From positions 1,175 through 65,174 of the forward strand of contig DASSKO010000016.1 of NCBI GenBank assembly GCA_035690425.1: a stretch of DNA of 64,000 nucleotides, read 5' to 3'. The position numbers and the translations under genes are program-made. Position 1 is the first letter of the stretch, and the number at the start of each line of letters is the position of its first letter. Positions 55,518 through 64,000 of the stretch are shown here, piece after piece. The notes under the pieces were generated by a model. The model saw only the letters and a program-made list of their open reading frames with translations, did not search any database and was not told where the DNA came from. Origin of the DNA: Nocardioidaceae bacterium. GTDB taxonomy: Bacteria > Actinomycetota > Actinomycetes > Propionibacteriales > Nocardioidaceae.

Positions 55518-57548
55518 TCAGAGCGGCGTGACCTCCACGGTGCCGAATGCTGCATCGACGTGATGCGCGATCAGACCGACCGAGCCGGTCGCCGGCCCCT
55601 CACTCACGATCTGAAGTGACCAGCTCGCCGGTTCGCCGGCGGACGCCAGCCACATCTTGAAGCTGTACCGCGTCGTGCCGTCGAGCAGCGTCTCCACTCG
55701 CGCCTTCATCCAGTAGGGCTCACCGAACTGGAACTTGCGGGGGTCCGGGTAGACCCACTCGCTTGGGACGCTGTGGTTGCCGAGGATCTCCAGCTTGGGC
55801 CAGGTGTCGTAGAGGCGTAGCCAGGCGTACGAGCCGACCGGGAAGTACCGCCACGCCGGCTGGTCGTCACGGAAGGCTCGGTGACCCTGCCAACGCATGG
55901 CCATCCCGACCAGGGCGTCTCCGCTGGTGCCGGTCTTCGCCTCCGGCCCGATGGTGCTGACCGTGAATGGAACCTTGACCTCGTAGTCACGCCAGGACAA
56001 GTCACCCAGCGCGATGACTCGGTCGTAACCAAGTCGCGTCGAGACAACAGCACCGTTCACCACGTCCCACTTGCCGTCGACCACGGTTGCCTGGTCCTGC
56101 AGAGGCTGGTTTTCCGACCACTCCAGCGTGTACGGCAACGCCGGCGCTGTTGCCTGGACCCTCCGTACCGTGGTGGTGACTGTTGTGGTCTGGCCGTCGT
56201 TATCGGTCGCCCTCAGCACGACGGTGTTGTCGCCCATCTGCAGGTCGGCGAGGTCGATGTCGGCATTGAAGTCGCCCAGTGCCTGGAGCCGGCGATCGTC
56301 CGGCCCGATGGTCAGGGCGCGCTCCGCGCCGCCGTTCAGTGAGTACGACAGGGTTGCGACGCCGCTGGGGTCGGACACGTTCCCCAGCACATTGATCCAC
56401 GGCTGCGGCGTTCCGTGCAGGCCCACGGTGAGCGGTTCTTCGTGCCAGAGGTCGATCTGCGGGGGACCGTCCTCGGTGGTGGTGAAGGTGGCGTCGTTGG
56501 TGGTGGTGGTGTTGCCGGCGGTGTCGGTGGCGGTGATCCGGTAGTGGTAGGTGGTCTGGGGGGTGAGGCCGGTGAGGGTGTGGTCGTGGTTGGTGGTGGC
56601 GGTGGTGGTGGGTGGGGTGGTGTGTCCGTAGCTGGTGTCGGTGCCGTACTGGACCTGTGTGGTGGTGGGTTCGTCGGTGGTCCAGCTGATCTGCGCGGAC
56701 TCGGTGCGGGGGGTGGCCTGGACCTGGGTGATCTGTGGGGCGGTGGTGTCTTCGGGGTCGCCACCGCCGCCACCGTCGCCGCCGCCGTCGCTGTCGAGGC
56801 CGCCGTCCTCGGGGGTGATCGGCGATGCGGTGTTGAAGACGTAGTCGACCTGTGCGGTGTGGGCGGGGGCGTTGGTTCCGGAGTTGCCGGAGTAGGGGCC
56901 GATCGCGGTGACGGTCAGGTCGGAGGTGAACGATCCGATGGTGGTCCAGCTCTGCTTGTCGGCGGAGTAGTCGAAGGTGAACTGGGAGCCTGATCGGCTC
57001 ACCCGGAGCCACATCTGTCCCGACGGTGCGGTGACCTCTTGCTTGAGCTTCATCGTCGAGGACGTTCCGGTGGTGGCCGCGGCGAAGGCCAGCAGCTTGG
57101 TGGGGCCGTGGGAGTAGACACCGAACCGCAGCCACTTCCCCGATGCCCCGTGGATCTGCAGTCCCTGGTCGGCGTAGGTGCCGGCCGGGACCGAGTCGAA
57201 CTTGGCCGCGACCTCGACGTCGGTGTCCTCGACCGGCTGCAACACCCGCACCGACTCGTTCGGTCCCCACGCGTCGTGTTCGGCGCCTGCGGGCACCGCG
57301 ATCGACAACCGGGCGTCGCCGGTCCCCGCACCGACCACCGACACCGCCGCGTCACCGACCGGATCGACCACCTGCCACCGTCCCGCGTCCAGACCACCGA
57401 AGAAGTCCGCAGACACCAACGGCCCCACCGACGCGGCTGCGGTCGGTGCGGTCGGGACGGCGAGGAAAAGCCCAACCATCAAGGCGATCAACGAGGCGAG
57501 CACCACATGGAGTCGAGCCAGCGCCCGACGTGCAAATGACAAAGACAT
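55518..57548 (-). CDS. Secreted multidomain protein (LamG/ConA-like - Gly/Asp linker - FN3 - beta-rich - LamG/DUF1080-like)
   Basis: 676 aa from ATG 57548. Signal peptide ending PTAAA|SV. DGGGDGGGGGDPEDTT linker. FN3-like ISWTTDEPTTTQVQYGTDTSYG...TYHYRITATDTAGN. Confidence 0.75.
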   Translation of the reverse strand: MSLSFARRALARLHVVLASLIALMVGLFLAVPTAPTAAASVGPLVSADFFGGLDAGRWQVVDPVGDAAVSVVGAGTGDARLSIAVPAGAEHDAWGPNESVRVLQPVEDTDVEVAAKFDSVPAGTYADQGLQIHGASGKWLRFGVYSHGPTKLLAFAAATTGTSSTMKLKQEVTAPSGQMWLRVSRSGSQFTFDYSADKQSWTTIGSFTSDLTVTAIGPYSGNSGTNAPAHTAQVDYVFNTASPITPEDGGLDSDGGGDGGGGGDPEDTTAPQITQVQATPRTESAQISWTTDEPTTTQVQYGTDTSYGHTTPPTTTATTNHDHTLTGLTPQTTYHYRITATDTAGNTTTTNDATFTTTEDGPPQIDLWHEEPLTVGLHGTPQPWINVLGNVSDPSGVATLSYSLNGGAERALTIGPDDRRLQALGDFNADIDLADLQMGDNTVVLRATDNDGQTTTVTTTVRRVQATAPALPYTLEWSENQPLQDQATVVDGKWDVVNGAVVSTRLGYDRVIALGDLSWRDYEVKVPFTVSTIGPEAKTGTSGDALVGMAMRWQGHRAFRDDQPAWRYFPVGSYAWLRLYDTWPKLEILGNHSVPSEWVYPDPRKFQFGEPYWMKARVETLLDGTTRYSFKMWLASAGEPASWSLQIVSEGPATGSVGLIAHHVDAAFGTVEVTPL

Positions 57549-57780
57549 GTCGCTGCTCCCCTTCGGTCGGTCAGACCCACAAGGAGTTGCCGATGGGGGT
57601 TGAACTCGCTGCACCCGTCAACAAGTAGGACCTTGCCCGCACCCCAACGGCCTCCCGCGGCCGGCGTCCGCCCCCCGGAGAACGACGCGTCCTGACATTG
57701 TGGTCCACCCGCGGTCGACTCAGGCGCCATTCAGCGAAAAACCGACCCTGTCTGGTTGACATAGCGGTCACGTTGGGTGA

Positions 57781-58728
57781 TCAGGAGGCGGTCAGCTGGC
57801 GCCGACGTCGTGCGCGTCGACGGTCTTCACGGACCCGCGCGGCCCATGCCGGCAGCGGGCCCGGCAACGCGCTGACGATGTCATAGGCGAGGCTGCCACG
57901 TTCCCGGGACATCCAGGCTGGAAGCACCGCGACGGCGGCGACCCGGTCGCGGCCACGCGCGGGGCCAGACCAGGCCGCACTGGTGAACGCGCGGAGCAAT
58001 CTCCAGTGTGGGAACTTCATCGTGCTCGATGGGTCGAACCAGCGTGCTCGCTCCTTGGCGCCCGGATAGAGGTGCATGCTGTCCCGTTGGTGAACACGAT
58101 TGACGAATAGCGGCTCGTCGATGTGCTGGAAACGCCCTCGCAGTGCCAGCTCGGCCAGCAGCGGACGGTCCGATCCGGGAAAGGCGCCTATGCCGGACGT
58201 CTCGAGCAGTTGGCTGCGCCGCGTGACGCCAAAGACCTCGAAGCACATCACCGAGTGCCACAGGACGTCTCGAAATCGATCGGCGGCGCGGGCTTGCCGC
58301 GCATAGCCAGGTCGAGGTCGCCATGTCTTGATCGTCCGCCCGTCGCCGTCGATGACGGAGGTGGTGGCGTAAGCGAGCACGACGGCAGGGTCGGCTTGAA
58401 GCGCATGCACGCAGCGAGCCAGGTAGGACGGCGCGAAGCGGTCATCGCAAGCGGCCCAATGAAAGTAAGTTCCGCGCGCCAGTTCGAGCACCTGGTTGTA
58501 GTTCCATGCTGCGCCGCGGTTGACTGGCTCGCGGACGTAGCGAACCCGGTCGTCTGCAGCGACGACCGCCCGGCAGATCTCTTCGGTGCCGTCGGTGGAC
58601 CCGTTGTCCGATATGACCAGCTCGAGGCTCCCGGAGTCACCGAGATCCTGAGCCAGGATCGAGTCGATTGCCTCCTTCAGGTAGCGGTCGCCGTTGTAGA
58701 CGGGCATACCGACAGTGACGAGCGGCAT
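57781..58728 (-). CDS. Glycosyltransferase family 2
   Basis: VTVGMPVYNGDRYLKEAIDSILAQD, LVISDNGSTDGT. Start ATG 58728 (or 58752). Confidence 0.85.
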   Translation of the reverse strand: MPLVTVGMPVYNGDRYLKEAIDSILAQDLGDSGSLELVISDNGSTDGTEEICRAVVAADDRVRYVREPVNRGAAWNYNQVLELARGTYFHWAACDDRFAPSYLARCVHALQADPAVVLAYATTSVIDGDGRTIKTWRPRPGYARQARAADRFRDVLWHSVMCFEVFGVTRRSQLLETSGIGAFPGSDRPLLAELALRGRFQHIDEPLFVNRVHQRDSMHLYPGAKERARWFDPSSTMKFPHWRLLRAFTSAAWSGPARGRDRVAAVAVLPAWMSRERGSLAYDIVSALPGPLPAWAARVREDRRRARRRRQLTAS

Positions 58729-59037
58729 TGAGCCTGACGCAGGGCGCACCACATAACCTCCGGCCGCAGAGCAACGGACGGCAGCTCACTGTCTGCATCA
58801 GCCCGCGAGCCACCAACCATGTCAGTGTGAGATTACGGAGCCACGCCGCTAGCTCGCAGGCGATTAGAGCAACTTCGAGCGAGCAGATAGGGAAGTGTCT
58901 GTGCGAATCGGCCCATGAGCGGGCTTGGCCGCGACATAATCGACGGGCGAGGGGGTGGTGATCGTGTTGAACGCGGCGTCTGGCAACGCACGCCGTGCCC
59001 GGTTGGTTCACCACCGCCGCGGCCTCCCGGGGCGACG

Positions 59038-60597
59038 GTGCGGGTGAGGATTTCGATAGATCCTGACCGCACCCGGCTGCGTGGTGGGGCACTGCGCGGC
59101 GTCAAGTGGTCGGCTTTGCAGAAGGTCGGCACGCGGTCCGCGTCGCTCCTGACCTTCATCGTGCTGGCGCGGATGCTCGAGCCTCAGGACTTCGGGCTGG
59201 TGGCTCTGGCCAGCGCGATCGTCATGGTTATCACCATGCTCTTCGACCTGAGCCTGCCGCAGTACCTCATCCAGCAGGTGGAGCTGACTCGCCGCGTCAT
59301 CGACACGGCCTTCTGGTGTGCAGTGGCGCTGAGCATTGTTGCGGCTCTCGTCATTATCGCGTGCGCCCCGCTCGTTGCCACGTTGCTCACCGAACCGCGA
59401 CTGACGCCGGTGCTCGTGGCGCTTGCCTGCACGGTGCCGCTGGGATCGCTGAGTGCGGTGCCTCAGGCGCTGCTGCGTCGCTCCTTGGCGTTCGACGTCA
59501 TCAGCAAGCGCAGCCTCGTCGGAATTGCCGCGTCTGGCGTGGTCGGGGTGTCGCTGGCCGCATCGGGAGCAGGTGTCTGGGCGCTGGTCCTGCAGACATA
59601 TGCGCAGCTGCTGGTCAGCATCGTGCTGTTCTACGGTGTAGCCCAATGGCGACCCGGACTGTCGTGGGATCGTCGCGAGTCGGTGGCCATGGTGCGGTAC
59701 GGCACGACCTTGTGGGGCATGAGCTCGCTGCACTTCCTCAGGCTGCGGGGCGACGAGCTGGTGGTCGGCGCGATCCTGGGGTCGGTGAGTCTCGGCATCT
59801 ACTCCGTCGCCAAGCGAATGGTGCTGTTCGTGAGCGATCTCATCGGCGGAGTCGTGCTTCAGGTCGTGCCGTCGGTGCTGGCCGCTGCAAAGGCTGACCC
59901 GGAACGAGTGCGCCGCGGGTACCTGACGGCGATCGGCGCATCGGCTGCCATGATCGCCCCTGTGACCATGGGCCTCGCCGCCGTATCGGGAGTGCTCGTC
60001 CCGCTCGTCTTCGGCCGCCAGTGGCAGGGCTCGGGAGCGATCGCGCAGGTGGCGGCAATAGCCGCCGCCGCGATCATCCTGACCCAGTTCGACCGCGGGC
60101 TCTTCCTCGCCCTGGACCTGCCGAGAGTCGAGCTCAAGAACATGGTGATCACCGCCGTGCTCGGCGTCGGTGCGGCCGCAGCAGCGGCGCCGTGGGGTCT
60201 GATGAGCGTCGTCCTCGCGACGACCGGCTGCAGCTACCTCGCCTGGGCTTGGCGGATACGGGTCACGCAACGCTGTGCCGACATCCCCGCTCGCAAGGTG
60301 CTGGCCACGCTGGCCCCGGTCTGGTTCGCGGCCCTGCTTGCTGCTGCGCTCGCCTGGGGGACCCTGCTGGGCTTAGGCTCCTGGAGCTCCTGGGGCGACC
60401 TCTACGCCCTGCTCCTTTCGGGTGCGGTGCTCGCGGTCGCCTATCCGCCACTGCTCCGGCTGCTCGCTCGGCCCACCGTCGCGAACCTGCAAGGCTTCGT
60501 GCCGGCCCGGCTTCAGCGCAGCGTCGCCACCAAGTACCTCCTGCGTTACCTGCTGGGCAGACCCCACAGCGGAGCAGCCAGACACGTCGCCGCATAA
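59038..60597 (+). CDS. Wzx/MOP-family oligosaccharide flippase
   Basis: About 12-14 hydrophobic helices. LRGVKWSALQKVGTRSASLLTFIVLARML is a typical N-terminus. Start uncertain (GTG 59038/59044 or ATG 58915). Confidence 0.8.
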   Translation: MRVRISIDPDRTRLRGGALRGVKWSALQKVGTRSASLLTFIVLARMLEPQDFGLVALASAIVMVITMLFDLSLPQYLIQQVELTRRVIDTAFWCAVALSIVAALVIIACAPLVATLLTEPRLTPVLVALACTVPLGSLSAVPQALLRRSLAFDVISKRSLVGIAASGVVGVSLAASGAGVWALVLQTYAQLLVSIVLFYGVAQWRPGLSWDRRESVAMVRYGTTLWGMSSLHFLRLRGDELVVGAILGSVSLGIYSVAKRMVLFVSDLIGGVVLQVVPSVLAAAKADPERVRRGYLTAIGASAAMIAPVTMGLAAVSGVLVPLVFGRQWQGSGAIAQVAAIAAAAIILTQFDRGLFLALDLPRVELKNMVITAVLGVGAAAAAAPWGLMSVVLATTGCSYLAWAWRIRVTQRCADIPARKVLATLAPVWFAALLAAALAWGTLLGLGSWSSWGDLYALLLSGAVLAVAYPPLLRLLARPTVANLQGFVPARLQRSVATKYLLRYLLGRPHSGAARHVAA

Positions 60598-60648
60598 GGG
60601 CACGCTCGCGCTATCGACCCACGCGGCGCGGATGACCTGAGCGGGCTG

Positions 60649-61659
60649 TCACATTTGTTGCGCGCGCTCTGCTTCGGCCAGTCGTCGCCGCTTCTGGGGG
60701 TTGACTGGCAAGTGCCCAGCCTGCGTCAGCTCGGGTGGCCACGTGTCGCCGAGGCGCCCGGTCAGGCCGTCGAAGCACGCACGTGCAGTCAAGATGGAGT
60801 GGGCGAAGGATGCGCGCGGATGCCGGATGCTGTTGACCGCGAGCTTGCCCACCACCTCACCGATCACTCTCCAGGCAGGCCACCGGCCGCCGTACTCGAG
60901 GCCGACGTATACGCGGTTGCGAATGCTGTAGTAGCGCCGCCAGTCCGCTGGGCCCAGCGATCGGGACGGAGTCGTAGGCGCTCCCGTGCGGCCGCGGGCG
61001 TCGCGGTAGCGCCTGAGCAGGCCTGAGTCACAGAAGGCCTTCCACCCATGGCGGTGCATACGCAGGAAGAACTCCAACTCCTCCTGCCCGAAGAACAGCT
61101 CGGACGAGTAGGGCCCCACGTCGCGGATGGCCGCGACTCTGATCATCGGGTGATGGTTGCCGCTCAACGTTGCCACCTGCATGGGTGAGCCGGTCAGCTC
61201 GTCGTTGCGAAGCCGCCGCACTCGGACGCGGCGTGCATCGAACTGGCATCCGCCAACGCCGACTGCCCCGACCTCGGGCGAGTCTTCCAGCAGCCTCTGC
61301 GCCGTCAGCCACAGGCACGCAAGGGCGTCGGGGAACTGTGGTGGGTCGTCGTCATCGAACGTCACCACCCAGGCATCGGGGCCGGCGTTGGCCGCCACGT
61401 ACCCCATGCCGACTGCGATGGCCCCCGCGGGGCCCAGGTTGTGGTCCTGCGAGAGCAAGGTGACGTGATGAGCAGCTGTGGGGACGGCCAGCTCGTCGGC
61501 AAGGCGACTGCCTGCGTCGCCTCCATTGTCGACGATAACGAGGTGGTCGAGGCACTTGGTCTGGCCCGCGAGCACTGCCAGCGTGCGCAGTAGCTGCTCC
61601 GGGCGGCGAAAGGTAGTCAGAACCCCCCACAGCTGTTTCCCCACGGCCGACCCCCTCAA
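60649..61659 (-). CDS. Glycosyltransferase family 2
   Basis: 336 aa. GVLTTFRRPEQLLRTLAVLAGQT, LVIVDNGGD, VVTFDDDD. Confidence 0.8.
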   Translation of the reverse strand: MRGSAVGKQLWGVLTTFRRPEQLLRTLAVLAGQTKCLDHLVIVDNGGDAGSRLADELAVPTAAHHVTLLSQDHNLGPAGAIAVGMGYVAANAGPDAWVVTFDDDDPPQFPDALACLWLTAQRLLEDSPEVGAVGVGGCQFDARRVRVRRLRNDELTGSPMQVATLSGNHHPMIRVAAIRDVGPYSSELFFGQEELEFFLRMHRHGWKAFCDSGLLRRYRDARGRTGAPTTPSRSLGPADWRRYYSIRNRVYVGLEYGGRWPAWRVIGEVVGKLAVNSIRHPRASFAHSILTARACFDGLTGRLGDTWPPELTQAGHLPVNPQKRRRLAEAERAQQM

Positions 61660-61799
61660 TGTCGCTGCGAGCTGACGACAGATGCCGTGCTGCCAGCCTA
61701 GTCACGCTGCTCGAAGGTGTGCGCCGTTATGAACAATGCCTCCGGCGGCGAGACGGTGCGGATGCTGCCCACCCTGCTGACTCCGTGCTTGTCACGCCT

Positions 61800-61840
61800 G
61801 ATAGTTTCCACAGAGGCAATTGTAAAAACAACAAACTATC
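61800..61840. promoter_or_regulatory. AT-rich inverted repeat upstream of hmp (candidate operator/promoter)
   Basis: GATAGTTT (61800-61807) and AAACTATC (61833-61840) flank CAATTGTAAAAACAAC. This is the most AT-rich patch in the region, 53 nt before the hmp ATG. Confidence 0.35.
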
Positions 61841-61892
61841 GTCATCTGCGGTGCTCTGGTGGCGGCGGGCGACGTGGTCAGGAAGGAAACTG

Positions 61893-63089
61893 ATGCTGTC
61901 CGACGAATCGGCACGCGTGGTCCGAGCCACGATTCCAGCGGTTACCACCCGGGGCGCGGACATCACCGCGCGCTTCTACGACACGATGCTCGCGGGGCGG
62001 CCGGAACTGCTCAACCTGTTCAACCGTGGTAACCAGGCCAACGGTGAGCAGCGGCGAGCCCTCGCCGCCTCCGTCGTCGCCTACGCCGAACACCTGATCG
62101 GCGACAGCCAGACATCCTTCCAGCCGGTGCTGGACCGGATCGCGAACAAGCACGTGAGCCTCGGCGTTCGCCCCGACCAGTACACAATTGTGGGACGCTA
62201 CCTACTCGGTGCGGTTGCGGAAGTCCTCGGCGAAGCGGTGACGCCGGAGGTGGCCGCGGCCTGGGATGAGGTCTACTGGCTGTTCGCGACTCAACTCGTG
62301 GCCGCGGAGGCGCGGATGTACCAGCGCGCGGGCGTCGACCCCACAGTCCCGTGGCAGCCGTGGAAGGTCCTGGACAAGATCCACGAAGCGCACGACGTGA
62401 TCTCTTTGGTGCTACAGCCCGCAGATGGCGCGCGGCTGCCCGAGTTTCTGCCGGGGCAGTACCTCACCGTGGCCGTCGAGCTTCCGGACGGCACCCGCCA
62501 GCCACGCCAGTACACGATCTCGCATGGTCCCGGGCGCGATGACATCCGCCTGACCGTCCGCCGCCAGCGCGGAACGGGCGGGGCACCGGACGGAGAGGTC
62601 TCGAGCTACTTGCATGACCAGGTCCGACCGGGAGACACGCTCGACCTCTCTGCTCCCGCCGGGGATGTCACGCTGCCCGAGGGTCCGGACCCTCTGGTGC
62701 TGGTGAGTGCGGGCGTTGGCATCACGCCCGTCGCGGCAATGCTCGACCATATCGGGTCCACCGAACCGGAACGCCCCGTTATCGTGGCGCACGCCGACCG
62801 CTCCCCAGCCACCCACGCGCTTCGTGGCCAGATCGAGGCTGGCGGTAGCCGTCTGAGCTCGTTCGAGCAGTTCCTCTGGTATGAGGAGCATGCCGCTACC
62901 CCGGCGCTCCGCGGACTGCTGGACCCGGCGGTGATCCCGGTGCCGGACAAGTCCAAGGTCTTCATGTGCGGCCCGCTGGTGTTCATGCGTGACGTGCGGT
63001 CGAACTTGCTGCGGCGTGGCGTCGCCGCAGGGGACATCACCTACGAGGTCTTCGGGCCCGACCTGTGGACCGCGGCAACCGGCGCCTGA
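61893..63089 (+). CDS. hmp: Flavohemoprotein (nitric oxide dioxygenase)
   Basis: 398 aa from ATG 61893 (RBS GGAAGGAAA). Globin domain (RFYDTMLAGRPELLNLFN). FAD motif PRQYTIS. NAD motif SAGVGITPVAAM. Confidence 0.9.
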   Translation: MLSDESARVVRATIPAVTTRGADITARFYDTMLAGRPELLNLFNRGNQANGEQRRALAASVVAYAEHLIGDSQTSFQPVLDRIANKHVSLGVRPDQYTIVGRYLLGAVAEVLGEAVTPEVAAAWDEVYWLFATQLVAAEARMYQRAGVDPTVPWQPWKVLDKIHEAHDVISLVLQPADGARLPEFLPGQYLTVAVELPDGTRQPRQYTISHGPGRDDIRLTVRRQRGTGGAPDGEVSSYLHDQVRPGDTLDLSAPAGDVTLPEGPDPLVLVSAGVGITPVAAMLDHIGSTEPERPVIVAHADRSPATHALRGQIEAGGSRLSSFEQFLWYEEHAATPALRGLLDPAVIPVPDKSKVFMCGPLVFMRDVRSNLLRRGVAAGDITYEVFGPDLWTAATGA

Positions 63090-63152
63090 CCATCACGGAG
63101 AACGCGTGCGGGAGTCGGGGCGGTCGGTTGGCCGCTGCTTGTCTACTGTTGT

Positions 63153-64000
63153 GTGGTGGAGAGACGCAGACTTCCCGACTTTCTCGTGATCGGCACGATG
63201 AAGTCAGGAACGACGACGCTGTTTCGCTGGCTCGAGCAGCACCCCCAGGTGCGGCTTCCGGCGGTGAAGGAACCGGACTTCTTCTCTGACGACGTTGCGT
63301 GGGGACGCGGCATCGACTGGTACGCCGACCACTTCAGAAGTGTCCCCGAAGGCCTGCACACCGGTGAGGCATCCGTGAGCTACACCGACCCACGATGGGC
63401 TCCGGTGGCGGCCCGTCGGCTGCACGAGACAGTCCCGGACGCGCGGCTGGTCTGCGTGCTGCGACACCCCGTCGAGCGGATGCGCTCTCACTACCGCCAC
63501 GAGGTGCAGCGCGGTCGGGAACGTCGAGACTTTGTCGATGCGGTCTCCGATGTACGCAGTGCCTACGTGCTACGCAGTTGCTATGCCAGTGCACTGCGGC
63601 CATGGGTGGAGACGGCGCCACCGGCACAGCTGCACGTGGTGCACTTCGAAAGCGTCTTCGCCGATGCCTCGGAGTGGGATCGCCTGACCGACTTCCTTGG
63701 CCTTTCGCGCGTGCCGAGGCCTACGTCGGCGCACAACGTCACGGCGGACAAGTCTGGCTTCTCGCCGGCCATGCGGGTGCTCTGGGACCGCGGTCTCGTG
63801 CAGCGACTTCCCCGGCCTCCGCGTCTGCTGCGTCCGCTCGCACGCCGGATGCTGTTGCGGAACCCAGACGCCGCCTCTGCCCTGAACGACTCGGCCAGGA
63901 CGGGCGTTCCGGGTGCTGTCATGGACGTCTTGCACAGGGAGGCGACCGAGCTGGAAGCGCTTGTTCCAGCACTGAGAGCCGACTGGGACTTGCGAACCTA
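63153..64000 (+). CDS. Sulfotransferase-family protein (3' end outside window; not in the ORF track because no stop in window)
   Basis: Open frame from GTG 63153 to the window end. PAPS 5'-phosphosulfate loop FLVIGTMKSGTTTL. 3'-phosphate motif LRHPVERMRSHY. Confidence 0.8.
   Translation, partial: MVERRRLPDFLVIGTMKSGTTTLFRWLEQHPQVRLPAVKEPDFFSDDVAWGRGIDWYADHFRSVPEGLHTGEASVSYTDPRWAPVAARRLHETVPDARLVCVLRHPVERMRSHYRHEVQRGRERRDFVDAVSDVRSAYVLRSCYASALRPWVETAPPAQLHVVHFESVFADASEWDRLTDFLGLSRVPRPTSAHNVTADKSGFSPAMRVLWDRGLVQRLPRPPRLLRPLARRMLLRNPDAASALNDSARTGVPGAVMDVLHREATELEALVPALRADWDLRT

Noticed and set aside
56415-56993. Gly/Val-rich 192-aa plus-strand ORF, and GGTGGTGGT-type periodic DNA that could mimic a repeat array
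   Set aside because: The periodicity is the antisense of the Thr/Pro-rich FN3 and linker coding sequence of the 55518-57548 secreted protein. There is no spacer/repeat structure, so it is not a CRISPR array or a separate gene.

Overview
High-GC Actinomycetota-type chromosomal segment, judged from BldC, a mycothiol-type formaldehyde dehydrogenase, DUF3073 and many GTG starts with 4-nt overlaps. Nt 1-24.8 kb is conserved core. It holds the 3' part of clpC, an orphan histidine kinase, and the dispersed de novo purine genes purB, purC, purS-purQ, purL and purF-purM, interleaved with unrelated genes. It also holds a RES/Xre toxin-antitoxin pair, a Leu/Val dehydrogenase, bldC, a formaldehyde-detox pair and cspA. 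Nt 25.6-28.5 kb is a ycnI-copC-copD copper locus. Nt 28.7-64 kb is an accessory cell-surface glycan island. It starts with two tandem Tat-signal cysteine proteins. A ~13.6-kb, 14-gene, almost fully translationally coupled minus-strand operon follows (capD to 30066). A divergent ~11.6-kb plus-strand sugar operon runs from ugd through three tandem C-methyltransferase-like paralogs. The island ends with a LamG/FN3 secreted protein, two GT2s, a flippase, hmp and a sulfotransferase that runs off the window. The most interesting signal lies inside the minus-strand glycan operon. Three PqqD-like (RiPP-recognition-element type) proteins there each directly precede an enzyme: an HprK-like kinase, a P-loop-degenerate paralog of it, and a nucleotidyltransferase-family protein plus GNAT. 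I found no precursor peptide, cyclase or protease. I recognised no tRNA, rRNA, CRISPR array, transposase or integrase. All calls come from reading the translations and sequence by eye; no database search was run.
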